A stretch of 64,000 nucleotides of DNA from Octopus vulgaris (GCA_951406725.2 OX597829.1:19282001-19346000), one strand, 5' to 3'. Shown: positions 38,545-52,800, numbered from the stretch's first letter. Numbers and translations are program-made. Notes: generated by a model not told the origin, from the letters alone.

Positions 38545-39532
38545 GTGTGTGTGTGTGTACATATATATATTCTGAGAAACAAAACGTTATTCATAAGCAT
38601 ATACTTGAGAAAATATAACTTCTGCATGCATTCATATACACCCTCAACCCTACACGCTTTTCTGTTCACATACATACATCTTCAGGGATACTTGAATACA
38701 CATTTGTGCAGTGTGTATATCCAAGTATAATCATATTTACAAATATACACACAGATACATATATATATATGTATGTGTGCATTCACATCAGTCTTTAACT
38801 AACCATCACTGACTTTACATACTCATCTCTTCACACACAACCGCTTAGATGTACCCTGCCAGGTCATATCAAATATGTACTTCAGGTCATTGAAAATGTC
38901 GGAGCTTCACTAGTTTGTGGCCAAATACTTTTGGCAGTAAATTTGCTTCACCTATCTAACAACCAATTAACCCATCAAAGATAGCAAGGCAGGTTAACGA
39001 GCCCTCTGCTTAAACTCTTAAATGGCAGGCAAGGAGTGCATGAATGTGTGCCAAATGAGCAAAATAGTTTTTAAATGTCTCTTTTCCTTAATGGTAATTT
39101 TTTATACTTATTTTCACTTTAAACAAGTACAAAATATAAGTACAGCAAGATATTCACTTTCCTTTGCACCTGGTATGAGCATAAATTCATTTGAGATACC
39201 TGTATTGTTTTTGTCAAACTAATGTACAAATGGAGAAAAATCAGGACATCTCCATTCTATTTCTTTACCACCCACAAGGGGCTAAATACAGAGAGGACAA
39301 ACAAGGACAGGCAAAGGTATAAAGTCGATTATATCGACCCCAGTGCATAACTGGTACTTATTTAATCGACTCCGAAAGGATAAAAGGCAAAGTCGACCTT
39401 GGCGGAATTTGAACTCAGAACGTAACGGCAGATGAAATACGGCTACGCATTTCGCCCGGCGTGCTAACGTTTCTGCCAGCTCGATCCATCCAGAGCTAGT
39501 TGAAGCTTCCCTTTCTTCTGTCCAATCTAGAG

Positions 39533-40027
39533 CAGTGTTTCTCAACCAGGATTCCGCAAAAGGTTCCTAGGGGTTCCATGAGAAAGAGTGAGATAGGCTA
39601 ATGCTAATTTCATGATTGTTATATTACTATACATGCACAACATATTGTTGATTGTTGTAATCTTGTAATATAAGTATCATCCTATCTAACCTATTATGTT
39701 ATCAAAAAAATATAACAACCATTGGGGATATATTGAGTGATGTCTGTTATTTATGGACACCTTATATATATATTATATATATATATATATATACTCTTTT
39801 ACTTGTTTCAGTCATTTGACTGTGGCCATGCTGGAGCACCGACTTTAGTCGAGCAAATCGACCCCAGGACTTATTCTTTGTAAGCCTAGTACTTATTCTA
39901 TCGGTCTCTTTTGCTGAACCATTAAGTTATGGGTACGTAAACACATCAGCATTGGTTGTCAAGTGATGTTGGGGTGGACAAACACAGACACACAAACATA
40001 CACACACACACACACACACACGCGCAC

Positions 40028-40060
<33 letters not shown>

Positions 40061-40381
40061 TACGACGGGCTTTTTTCAGTTTCCATCTACCAAATCCACT
40101 CACAAGGCTTTGGTCAGCCCGAGGCTATAGTAGAAGACACTTGCCCAAGGTGCCATGCAGTGGGAATGAACCAGAACCATGTGGTAGTAAGCAAGCTACT
40201 TACCACACAGCCACTCCCATGCCTATATATATATATATATATATATATGATATTTACCATGTGAACTACAATAAAAAAAATATGAGAAAAATATGGTATA
40301 TAATTTTTTTGTGCAGGGGTTCCTCGAGATATGTAATTTATTTTAAGGGTTATGCAAGGGTAAAAAGGTTGAAAGGCATTG
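39533..40381. mobile_element. hAT (Buster/Charlie-type) MITE with nested SINE A (39793-40225)
   Basis: TIRs cagtgtttctcaacc / ggttgaaaggcattg; 8-bp TSD atctagag/atctagat fitting the NTCTAGAN target preference. Confidence 0.8.
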
Positions 40382-41142
40382 ATCTAGATCATTGTCATTA
40401 TCATCATCTGCCTCATCTGATGTTGAAGGAAAGTCAGAAAAAAACAACTTCTGTTTGTGACTTAATTTCTCCCATCAATAAAGGTTATTTGTGCTTAAGC
40501 ATATTTGACAAAGTGGATACTTGGACATCAGTTGATGATGGTGGCATCCATATAAAATTTTTAAAGCATCAGTTGATGATGTCTATTGTTCTTTAATGAA
40601 ACATCAATTGATGATACCCACTGTTTTAGGGGTTAAGCATGCTCCTGGAAATCTATTGGTGCAGCCACAGTTGTGTAGTCAAGATATTAACTTCACACTA
40701 CTGAGATTTTGGGGTTTGGTCATACTGTGTGACACTTTACCCAATTGTCCTCCAGCATAACTTTGAGTTGTCCAAAACCCTGTGAACAAAACTTGATAGA
40801 TGGAAACTGTGTGGAAGCTTGTTGAAAAAAAAACCATTCCTGTTATTTAACACTACCATCTGGCTCTTAGATGCCTTTAGTGGGATCCAGTCTGTTGTAA
40901 GCATTTGACTAAAATCTCCAGTCTGAGTGTTACTTTAATTCTTCTTCTTCACCAGTCTCAAAGACCATGGTAAGTGTCATAAATGCCAGCTTCTTCCTCT
41001 AAGCCTTTAAAAGAAAAAGCCAAATACTTCCTCTCAAGATAGCTTGGCGTAAACAATACGGGTAAAGTGATGGGCATAGCTGAGTGGTTGAGAAGTTTTC
41101 TTTGAAACTATGGAATTCAGGTTTGATCTCATTGTGTAGTAC

Positions 41143-41590
41143 TCTCTTTACTCTTTACTCATTTCAGTCATTTGACTGCGGCCATGCTGGAGCACCACCT
41201 TTAATCGAAGAAATCGACCCCAGGACTTATTCTCTGTAAGCCTAGTACTTATTCTATCGGTCTCTTTTGCCAAATCGCTAAGTTATGGGGACATAAACAC
41301 ACCAACATTGGTTGTCAAGCGATGTTGGGAGACAAACACAGACACACAAACATATACACACACATACATACATATATATATATATACATATATACAATGG
41401 GCATCTTTCAGTTTCCATCTACCAAATCTATTCACAAGGCTTTGGTCGGCCTGAGGCTATAGTAGAAGACACTTGCCCATGGTGCCAAGCAGTGGGACAG
41501 AACCCGGAACCATGTGGTCGGTAAGCAAGCTACTTACTACACAGCCATTCCTGCGCCTATAGCTACTTACCACACAGCCACTCCTGCGCC
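41143..41590 (-). mobile_element. SINE family A with duplicated 5' head
   Basis: gctacttac.acacagcca.tcctgcgcc repeated twice at 41529-41590. Confidence 0.9.
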
Positions 41591-42236
41591 ATTGGACAAA
41601 TGTATTTATTGTGGCCCTGGGTTAATCCAAGAACTGTGAGTAGGTGGAAACTGTGTAGAAGCCCTTGAGATGGACGGAACTTATGATTCAGAAGTCCTGC
41701 TTTGTCATATTTATGCTATTCTAATTCTACCAAAGAATTACCCTAATCCATTCCCACTCAGGGCCTCTAACAAACCACATTCTTTTCTCTTCCTTTTCTC
41801 CTCACCATCCATTCCCATCTGTGGCTCAGCATTTCATTTCTACTGATCATTCACACAACCACTATTTTTGTCTTACTCTTTTGGCAACACTTTGGTTGCC
41901 CTTCCCTTATAATGCTTTACCAACAACTTGTTTTCCAACTGGGCTATTTTCTCCTTCGGCATCAACAATCAACTACATAATCTCTAATACTTTCCATTTC
42001 CTTATCTTGCTCTATCTGCAGATCTATCTAGATCAATGGTTCAGTGGTTCAGTGGTTCAACTGGGGTCCACATGACTTCTTAGGGATCCATATACGGTTC
42101 TGTCATTAAAATTAATATTTCACAAATAATATAAGTGAGGTGATTACACTAGCCAAATGGTTAATGTACCCATCTATGTCATATTACTAGTTATTACATG
42201 TCTTGCACACTGTTCTAAAATACTTATACTCTAAGG

Positions 42237-42744
42237 CAGTGATTCTTAATTAGGGTCCACATGACCCTTGAGGGTTCATGTAACATTTAGTTGTTAAAAA
42301 TTATCTGCAATAAACTGGTTATATTTCTACAAAATTCAAAATATTTTAGTATTTTTTAAAAACAATTCTTACAAATATTTAATTATAAAAATATATGATA
42401 TTTAAAAAATATCAAATGGCTAGGGGGGCCCAGTTGAGTAAAATGAGAATCAAAGGGATCCACAGACAAAGAATGGTTGAGAACCTATTTCTTTATTACC
42501 CACAAGGGGCTAAACACAGAGGGGACAAACAAGGACAGACATAGGTATTAAGTCGATTACATCGACCCCAGTGCGTAACTGGTACTTAATTTATCGACCC
42601 CGAAAGGATGAAAGGCAAAGTCGACCTCGGCGGAATTTGAACTCACAATGTAATGCAGACGAAATACCGCTAAGCATTTCGCCCGGCGTGCTAACGTTTC
42701 TGCCAGCTTGCCGCCTTATGGTTGAGAATGGTTGAGAACCACTG
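42237..42744. mobile_element. hAT-type MITE with a SINE C inserted in its right TIR
   Basis: cagtgattcttaa ... ggttgagaaccactg; the SINE at 42487-42717 is flanked by duplicated atggttgagaa. Confidence 0.7.
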
Positions 42745-43832
42745 ATTTAAATCTATTCAACCTATCTGTTCACTTGTTCATATGAACATATTGTGACACT
42801 TACATGCTTGTACACTCAGACTGACTTCACTTATGCACCGACTCTACTGCTATCTGCTATTCTTTGTGCGTAAATCAGATATTCTATCCATCATCCATCT
42901 CCACCGTCCACTATACTGAAACCACATTCTTAACCCATTTTTTTAATCTTTATTATTAATATCATAACTGGCAGCAAGCTGAAAGAGTTGTTAACAGACC
43001 GGACAAAATGCTTAGCAGCATTTCATCCATTTTTACATTCTGAGTTCAAATTCCACCAAAGCTGACTTTACTTTTCATCATTGTGGGGTTGATAAAATAA
43101 GTACCAGTCATTCTGAGTTCAAATTCTGAAGACGTTGAATTTGCTTTTCATCCTTTCAGAGTAGATAAAAATAACTGGTAGTCAAACATTAGGTTTGATA
43201 ATACTGACTGATTTCTTCTCCTAAAACTAATGGCTTTATGCCACGATTCAAAACCATTATTAATACCATAACTCCTATGTAACAACACAGATTTGATTTT
43301 TGTTTTTTTACTCTATTTCTTCTCTCTCTTGTAAAAGGACATAATTCAAAACATTGGTAATTTGCCTTTTTCTTATAGCATTTATATTGCAATTATTTTT
43401 ATTTATTACTGCTCTTTTTTTTTTTTACTGCTGCAGACCCACAAGGAATTTCTTAGAGTCTGGATTTTTTTTTTCCATTTATTCTATATTTGAATAATTT
43501 TGCACTAGATTCAGCAGGTATCTAATCAAAGTAAATACAAAAAAATTCATCTCAAAGAAAAACAACAAACATGCATGTGATATCTATATGCAAACAATCA
43601 TATCTATAATTTTTATATGTAAGTACATATATATACACATTCATATGCTTGAAGGCATGCATAAAAATACTGATATACACACATGCATGCATACTAAAAC
43701 ACACGCAACATTGAAACATGCATACATATGTACACACATATGTATGTACATGCGTATGTGTTTATGTGCATATATGTCCATATGTATATACATACTTAAG
43801 GCATATACACACACATACATGCACACACACAC

Positions 43833-43867
<35 letters not shown>

Positions 43868-43919
43868 TTAATACAAACAAGAAAACAAAAACAACAACGC
43901 AAGGATAACAAATAAATAA

Positions 43920-43953
<34 letters not shown>

Positions 43954-43954
43954 A

Positions 43955-43985
<31 letters not shown>

Positions 43986-44235
43986 TGTATGTATGTATGT
44001 ATTTTATATAAACCAAACAAGAATATATACATATATACATATATATATACACACACACACATATATATATATATATATTTATTTATTTGACATCCTTGCA
44101 TTGTTGTTTTTGTTTTCTTGTTTGTATTAACTTTATATATATATATAAAGTTAATCCAAACAAGAAAACAAAAAGACAGCAATGCAAGGATGTGGTACAA
44201 ATAAAGTATTATTGGACGCTCAGGAAAGAAGGGAA

Positions 44236-44301
<66 letters not shown>

Positions 44302-46980
44302 CTCGATACAGATCTCAGAGCCTAAGTTCAAACCATTTGAGCACCACTATTTGTTTTTTATATCGAGCATCTCTAAAGCTCAACTTTTGACTGTATACAC
44401 ACTGTATACACAGTGCACACACGCACATATACACACACACACTTACACATATATATCTCTTTGTACAATCATAGTTATGTTCATTTATGCATGTATGTAT
44501 ATGTAGATGTATATCTATCTATCTGTCTGTTTATCTATCTATCTGAGTGGCACCTGGGGCAAGTGTCTTTTACTATATAGCTTTGCTCTGACCAAAGCCT
44601 TGTGAGTGGATTTGGTGGATGGAAACTGAAAAGAAACCTGTTGTGTGTGTGTGCACATGAGCATGTGTGGAGTGTCTGCATGTATGTGTGTGTGTGTTCT
44701 CTGCTATCACTTGATAATTCGTTTTGGTATGTTTATATCCCCATATTTAGTATTTTGGCAAAAGACTGATGAAATACATATTGGGATCAATTTGTTTGAG
44801 TAAAATTCTTCAGGGTGGTGCCCCAGCATGGCCACAGTATTATGCCTGAAACAAATAAAAGATAAAAGGAAGCAACAATAGTTTTCAATTTAAAGAAAAA
44901 CAAAATTTTGAATCAAAACATTTTCTTCTTTTAAATATATTTCCATGGAAAATGCAACTGTAGTTTTCAAACTTCAATGCTGAACACCCTGGTAAATTCT
45001 GTTTTTGATCTCCTGTAAGTCAAAGTGAAGGAGAACCACTAGTTTATGCTGTTGTAGTGTAGACAGCAGAGTTGTTGTTGAAAGGCATTGGTGATAAGAA
45101 TCCCTCAAGAGAGCTGAACAAGGCCTTCAGAGAAGAAATCCCACCCAATCATGCAGATGCTTGGCCCCTTAACATTTTACACTCTAAGAGGGCTGGACCA
45201 CATCCAGGTCGTAATTCCTAGATGTCCTTCTCTGATATCTTTTAACCATTTGTATGTCGGAGGCTTGTGCTTTTAAACTGTCTGGAGGTTTCATCTAGTT
45301 GGAACTCCTCTCCATTGACACACCTTTCAAACTTATTCTTGTTGTTGGCATCCTTTTGTCTCGGGAGACAATAGAGTTGCGCATAAACTAATCCAGTTTG
45401 GTTTTTACATTCCATGTCCTCTCCAGTTTCCTCTCCAATTTTGTGCAGGTCTGGGCTAGATGTAAGAAAATCCTGGGTAGCCCAATCATCAGGATTCCTC
45501 TCTCGACCTTGCTGATGTAGTCTAAAGGAGTGCAGAGCATTACGTTTGCTGGTGCAAACGTAATGCTCTGCACTCCTTGGCTGCAGGAGCTGCCGGAAGA
45601 GTGTTGAGTCGAACACTGAACCGCCTACGGGGCTCCACTCCGGATTTCTTTGAAGGTTGTCTCCTTCCTGTAACCCTGGATAGAGGCCCATAACAGGTAC
45701 TGTCAGCCGGAACGAGCTGAGCCTGGGACTTGTGTCAGACAGGGTCATCACTCCCTGAAGTAGTGAAGAAAATCGCACACAGGAACAAGCTGAAGCTGAG
45801 TAAGATGTTTATGAAGGCAGTGTTGGGATATACTTAAAGGAGAAATAATATTGGTTGTCATGTAGCACACTGGAACAAGTAGAAGCTGAGTAAGAGTTTT
45901 ATAAGGGCTAAACTGGAATGCTAAACTGATGAGTAAATAGATGTTTATTCCTTAACCCTTTAGCATTTAGATTATTTTGTCATGTATTGCTTATTTTTTC
46001 ACATTGTTTTGAATAATCAGGTATTATCTTGAAGGTAAGAGATTTTGATGGCATCTTTTATTTTTCTCTTTTACTTGATTCAGTCATTAGACTGTGGCCA
46101 TGCTGGGGCACCACCTTGTATTTTTAGTTGAGTGAATCAACTGCAGTACTTATTTTTTAAGCCTGGTACTTATTCTATCCATCTCTTTTAGCAAACCCCT
46201 AGATTACAGGGTTGTAAACACACCAACACTGGTTGTCAAGTGGTGATTGGTGGACAAGCACTGACAAATACATAGATATATATATAAATATATACATGTA
46301 TATACGACGAGCTTCTTTCGATTTCCATCTACCAAATCCACTCGTAAGGTACCATGCAGTGGGACTAAACCCGGAACCATGTAGTTAGGAAGCAAGTTTC
46401 TTACCACACAGCCACTCCTGCACACATGATTGTATATTTTTAGAATGACATTGTAGGGTAGATGGGAGAGGTGAGATCTGGCTGATTTCAACGTAAAACA
46501 AGTAGAATAAAGGATTAAAACAAACCTTACTTTCAGATGTGAATTAACAGATATTTCTAATTGGTCTTTTATGTATATTTTTATTTGCTTAAGGAGCTTA
46601 TGTTGTTCCTCTTCTTCTTCTTCTTCTTCTACTTCTTTTTTTGTTTTATTTTTGTTATAAAGCACTGACAAAAATTAAGTTCTTTATAATGTAAAGTTTA
46701 AATCCCTGCTTTTTATTTTGGTGGTAATTTGCTAATAAAGAGTGAAGTTATGTTTTCTGAAGCAGATTCTGAAGATTTGTGTCTGAATGGAAATACATTC
46801 TACACAGTCAATAGACATGCGTAGACAAAGAGTTACAACTATGTAACATAATGCAAGTTCAAACTTGAATTCATATCTATCTACATCTTTGTAAAATAAT
46901 CATACAATATAAATAAATAAACATTTAATTCTCTTTCAAATTTTTTTTAGTTACCTATCTTTTGGGTTGCATTCCTTACT

Positions 46981-47362
46981 CTGTGTGTGTATGTATGTGT
47001 TTATGTGTGTGTGTGTGTATGTATGTATATGTGTGTGTATGCATGTATGTATGTATGTATATATGCATGTATGTATATATGCATGCATGTATGTATGTAT
47101 CTATGTATGTGTGTGTATGTATACATGTATGTATGTCTGTATGTACGTATGTATGTATGTATGTATGTGTATGTGTATGCATGTATGTATGCATGCATGT
47201 ATGTATGCATGTATGTATGCATGTATGTATGTATGAATGTATGTATGTATGTATATGTATGTGTGTGTGTGTGTATGTATGTTTGTATACATGTATGTAT
47301 GTCTGTATGTATGTATGTATGTATGTATGCATGTATGTATGTTTGTGTGGGTGTGTATATAT
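46981..47362. repeat. (TATG)n/(TG)n compound microsatellite
   Basis: Direct reading. Confidence 0.95.
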
Positions 47363-47594
47363 GTAGTTCATACATGAGATCCAGATATTCTCTGTATAGA
47401 ATACAACCTGTAGTGCTCAACAGGTTTAAACTTGAGCAATGCCAAGATAAGCAAATGAGACAGATCAATACATAAAGTATATTAAATACAAGAAACAGAA
47501 AAAATGTATATATGTATACAAATAAAAAGTTCCAACTTACAAGGAGTGCAAATGATACAGAGAATGAATGGGGTTGAAGAAAAAGTATTACAAA

Positions 47595-47685
47595 TCCATC
47601 AGCTGTTTCTGGGGGCTTGGTGGTCTGTAATAATGTTTGTAGATTGATTCCATCATAGGATGAGACGAGCTTCCATCTTCAGGGA
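47595..47685 (-). ncRNA. Degenerate hammerhead motif
   Basis: Minus: tcc-CTGAAGA-tggaagct..agccccca-GAAAC-agct-GAT-gga. The U of NUH is mutated and stem II partly mismatched. Confidence 0.5.
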
Positions 47686-50110
47686 AGAGATCTTACATAT
47701 GAGATTTTAAAAGAGAGAAGTTCAAAGATGGAATGATTGAATGTGGAGAGCTAAGTACTGGGGTTGATTCACTCAACTAAAAATACAAGGTGGTGCCCCA
47801 GCATGGCCACAGTCTAATGATGGAAACAAGTAAAAGAGAAAAAACAAAGATGCCATCAAAATCTCTTAGCTTAAAGATAATACATGATTATTCAAAACAA
47901 TGTGAAAAAATAAGCAATACAGGACAAAATAATCTAAATGCTAAAGGGTTAAGGAATAAACATCTATTTACTCATCAGTTTAGCATTCCAGTTTAGCCCT
48001 TATAAAACTCTTACTCAGCTTCTACTTGTTCCAGTGTGCTACATGACAACCAATATTATTTCTCCTTTAAGTATCAGTTTAAGTATCAGTTCGACAGTTT
48101 AAAAGCACAAGCGTCCAGCATGTCAGAACAGGGCACCTAGGAATCACGACCTGGATGTGGCCCAGCCCTCTTAGAGTGTAAAAAGTTAAGGAGCCAAGCA
48201 TTTGCTTGTTTGGGGTGGGATTTCTTCTCTGAAGGCCTTGTTCAGCTCTCTTGAGGGATTCTTATCACCAATGCCTTTCAACAACAACTCTGCTGTCTAC
48301 ACTACAACAGCATAAACTAGTGGTTCTCCTTCACTTTGACTTACAGGTGCACTGGAGATCAAAAACAGAATTTACCAGGGTGTTCAGCATTGAAGTTTGA
48401 AAACTACAGTTGCATTTTCCATGGAAATATATTTAAAAGAAGAAAATGTTTTGATTCAAAATTTTGTTTTTCTTTAAATTGAAAACTATTGTTGCTTCCT
48501 TTTATCTTTTATTTGTTTCAGGCATAATACTGTGGCCATGCTGGGGCACCACCCTGAAGAATTTTACTCAAACAAATTGATCCCAATATGTATTTCATCA
48601 GTCTTTTGCCAAAATACTAAATATGGGGATATAAACATACCAAAACAAATTATCAAGTGATAGCAAAGAACACACACACATACACGCAGACACTCCACAC
48701 ATGCACATGTGCACACACACACAACAGGTTTCTTTTCAATTTTCATACACCAAATCTGCTCACAAGACTATGGTTGGCCCAAGGCTATAGTAGAAGAGAC
48801 TTGCCCCAGGTGCCACTCAGTGGGACTGAACCTAGAAACATGTAATTGAGAAGCAAACTTCTTACCACACAACCACACCTGCACCTATACTTTCAATATA
48901 TATTTAATGATCATATTTACAAATAACAAAATTATGAATGACAAGCTTTCCAACATACTGCAATATTAGCATGGAATTCCTAAAGCCTTAGATGATATTT
49001 TTTAAAAGATCAAACTCCACCAAGGTACTCTTTGCAGCAAACCAGTGCCCTTTTCAGAACCAAAACCCTAAATTTTCCAAATACAGTTGCCACACCACCA
49101 CAATAGCCAGAACTGTACAGTCATCCCAGCACAGCTACAACCACCATCACTGCAACCTATGCCACACATCTGCAACCCAGTCTGCACAATAATAGGCATG
49201 ACCACAAAATATACCCCATCACTAACTTCACCGATCAATTACCATTATTATTACAACACTGAATACCCTGCTACATTATCCACAGCCACCATCATCATCA
49301 CCACTGTTACAACCATTATCATACCACTGCCACATTCACAGCAGCTGCCCACATATCTATACTGAACATTGTACCACTACCATCAAAGCAGTACTATTAT
49401 GTATTAAGTATTAACTCCATTCAACAGGGACTATTCAGTCCTTTTACCAGGTTCTGACACAACATCAGTGGTTTGTTTCAAATTTGTTATACTTTAGGGA
49501 AATAGTAGAAGCTTAGTCATATCCTGATTTGATTCCAGTTTTTAACTGTTCTGCTGTCAGCTAAGTGGATGTCTGTATTGCCCAAAGCACGGCACTAGTC
49601 ATGTAATACAAACACCTAAATCTTTAGGCAAGGAATCAACATGGCATTCTCTTGGCTATACCGATTCTTTGTTCACTATTGTTCTTGATTTTTATTTCCC
49701 GGTCAGCTCATTTAAATAAAAACATATGATCAAAGGCATTCCATACATGACCATTCTACATATTTAAGCATATCTGGAATTACATAATCTAATGTATCTT
49801 GATCAAATATAAGAGGGTAGGGTATGAAATGAGGAAGATTTGTTATTATTTCTAGCTAGTTAAGCAACCACATGCACACTTCTCTCACTGTTATGCTGCA
49901 AGAAAAAACTCCCATATTGTGTTCATGAGACATTTGCTCTTTATTCAGCAAATAAAATTCAAACTAAAAGTTTACATGTTAAAATTCTGACTTGCCTTCT
50001 TTTACTTGTTCCAGTCATTAGACTGCGACCATACTGGGGCACTACTTTGAAAAATTTTTAGTTGAATGAATCAACCTCAGAACTTTTTTATTTTTTAAAG
50101 CCTAGTACTT

Positions 50111-50278
50111 ATTCTATTGATCATTTTTGCCAAACTGCTAAGTTAAGGGGATGTAAATACACCAACATTCTATTGATCATTTTTGCCAAACTGCTAAGTT
50201 ATGGGGATGTAAATACACCAACATTCTATTGATCATTTTTGCCAAACTGCTAAGTTATGGGGATGTAAGTACACCAAC
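50111..50278. repeat. Triple tandem ~56-bp duplication within a SINE A fragment
   Basis: attctattgatcatttttgccaaactgctaagtta.ggggatgtaa.tacaccaac x3. Confidence 0.9.
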
Positions 50279-50779
50279 ACCGGTTGTCAAGCAGCGACGA
50301 AGGACAAGCACAGACTCGAAATTATATATGGATAAATTATAAAATTATTACGTCATATGTAAACAAACATAAGGTTTTTTTGGTTTTTTTTTGAAGTGTT
50401 GAAATGCATTGTTTATTTGCCACCCCCAGACCCCACAAAAACACATATTGCCTACAGCAGTCCCAAAGGTGCCATCCGGGGTGAACTACCCCCTACAGCT
50501 CAACCACCCGCCTTACCTAGCTACACTAGTGGGTTGATGATTTATTAAGAGTTTCTCAACACAACACTCTTATTCTCTTTCTATTATTTCTTTGTCACAG
50601 AACAGAAAGGCCTAAATACCTCCTGGACACTACCCTTCTCTCATAGACTAACACAAAATCATATAAATTTCTGAAACCCAAAGTTCTCTCCTTTGTCTTC
50701 CTTGTGGCTTTTTTGTACTTGTGGCTTTTCTTCTCTGATTTCTCAAAACTTCTCTTATCACCCACTGCATTATATAATA

Positions 50780-51665
50780 CAAGGTGGTATCGAGAAGTTC
50801 CCAGATGAGTTCTGTAGCATGCCAACAGATAGCAGCACACACTATTGCATGCGTAGTGAGAGCTAGAAGTGACCTTCAATGAGGTGGTGTGTTGAGTGAC
50901 ATCACAGTGTTTACTTTGCAAGTTGTGAAATTTGTGTTTTTGTGATTATGTGTATGCTGTAGTCTGTGATTTTGTCATGAACAGGAACAAAGAGCTAACA
51001 TGATATTTTATGCTAAACTTGGGAAGTCTGCTACAGAGATGTTGAGCATTCTTTGGAAAGCTTACAGCAACAAGGCAATGGGCTGTACGCTATGTTTCGA
51101 GTGGCACAAGCGCTTCAAAAGCAGAAGAATATCTCTGGAAGACCTGCCATGAGTGTCCTCTCCAGAAATGTGGTATTGTTCATTGAAAATTCACACACCC
51201 CTCCCCAGAGCCAGACCATCAATTGAGAATTCTACTGTGATATTTTGAAGCATTTGAGAGAGGACATTTGGCAAAAGCAATCAGATCTGTAGAGTGGAAG
51301 GAATTGGAGTATTTACTGAGCTCTCCTCAATCATGGGTTTCTTACCAAAAACAACATGGTATCACTTCTACACCTGCCCTATTCACCAGATTTAGCACCT
51401 ATGGACCCCCATCTCTTCCTCAAGATGAAAATGCAGCTCAAAGGTCACTGTTTTAACACCTTTTTTTTTGAGATCCAGAGTGAATCGCCCTTGGCTTGCT
51501 TATGGAATTCAACTTCCAGGCTCAATTCCAAAAGTGGCAGGAATACTAAGACTGCTGTATTGCTGCACAAGGTGACTATTTTGAAGGAGAAAATGTTAAA
51601 ACTTGAGTGAATATGTTATTTTTTATTAAACATAATTAGTCCGATCACCTTTTGATTCCACCTTG
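50780..51665 (+). mobile_element. Internally deleted mariner transposon
   Basis: TA|caaggtggtatc ... gattccaccttg|TA TIRs; EQRANMIFYAKLGKSATE..FEWHKRFK N-terminus; QTIN.EFYCDILKHLRE; PYSPDLAPMD.HLF motif. Confidence 0.92.
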
Positions 51666-52548
51666 TAATACAGTTATTGTCTGAGGTAGGTTGGATCTTC
51701 CAAGAACATTTTTTTTTACATGAACTGGTACATAGAAGTTCAAAAAGAAGGAGTCACTAAATTACAATGTTGTTATTGTTTTAGGCCAAGTCAGCTCTGA
51801 TCAAAGAGGTTTTAGATGAAGGACATTCCAGTCATGACCACTGAAGCTTATTTTGATTTAATATATAATTATTTTTATCACTTTCCATTATAATGATTCA
51901 TGTCTACATTACCCAAAGTAGATTTCTTTTCTCATGATGGCAGGGTTGAGGTGGTGGGGGGCATTTGAGGCAGATTTGGCTACTATATCAAGCGACCACA
52001 TAGTGGCTTTCCTCATTGGTGCATGTAATAATTACAAACATTCTTGGCAAATATACATTGAGTTTAACGGTAAAAGTAAAAATATTTCAACACAAGAGAG
52101 ATTGCTACACAGACATCAACCACATGTAATAATTATACTTTTCCCAAGACAGATTAATAATTGCAATGGGAAAATATTTTAATGAATAAGATTTAATGAA
52201 TAGATATTGTTTACACGGTTGAGTAGTTCCAATACCAAAAGTGGTATGGGTAGTAATAGATCTGTATTTAATAATATGACTTCTACAGTAAGTAAATATC
52301 TCCTTGACTAAATATTTTCTATTCATAGCATGGCAAGATACAAAATCAATACCGTTAAACAAAAGTTTGTCAGTTAGCTCAAATGTTGGGCACAAACATG
52401 TCTGTGTGGTTAAGAAGTATTGCTTGAGAATCATAAGGTTCAGGGTTGGATTCCATGGTACAGGAACCTGTTATAAAAATATTATATATATATATGTATA
52501 TATATACATGTGTATGTGTATGTATATGTATATATATATGTGTGTGTG

Positions 52549-52583
<35 letters not shown>

Positions 52584-52591
<8 letters not shown>

Positions 52592-52800
52592 TTAAAGATA
52601 AAACCACTATTACGCAAATCAAGCAGTGAAAAACATAAACCAATAAATAGAAATAAATTAATTAATATAATATAATATACAAAATATATAAAATTTTATA
52701 TATTTTGTATATTATATTAATTAATTTTATTTCTATTTATTGGTTTATGTTTTTCACTGCTTGATTTGCGTAATAGTGGTTTTATCTCTAATTTAATATA
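52584..52800. repeat. Near-perfect palindrome, ~105-bp arms, no loop
   Basis: Centre tataaaa|ttttata at 52693/52694; ccactattacgcaaatcaagcagtgaaaaacataaacc versus its reverse complement. Confidence 0.9.

Larger units (their letters stand above)
44626..48738. repeat. Large inverted duplication (arms ~44626-46150 and ~47753-48738)
   Basis: Long stretches read as exact reverse complements, including unique sequence; the left arm has an extra ~550 bp (45283-45830). Confidence 0.9.
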
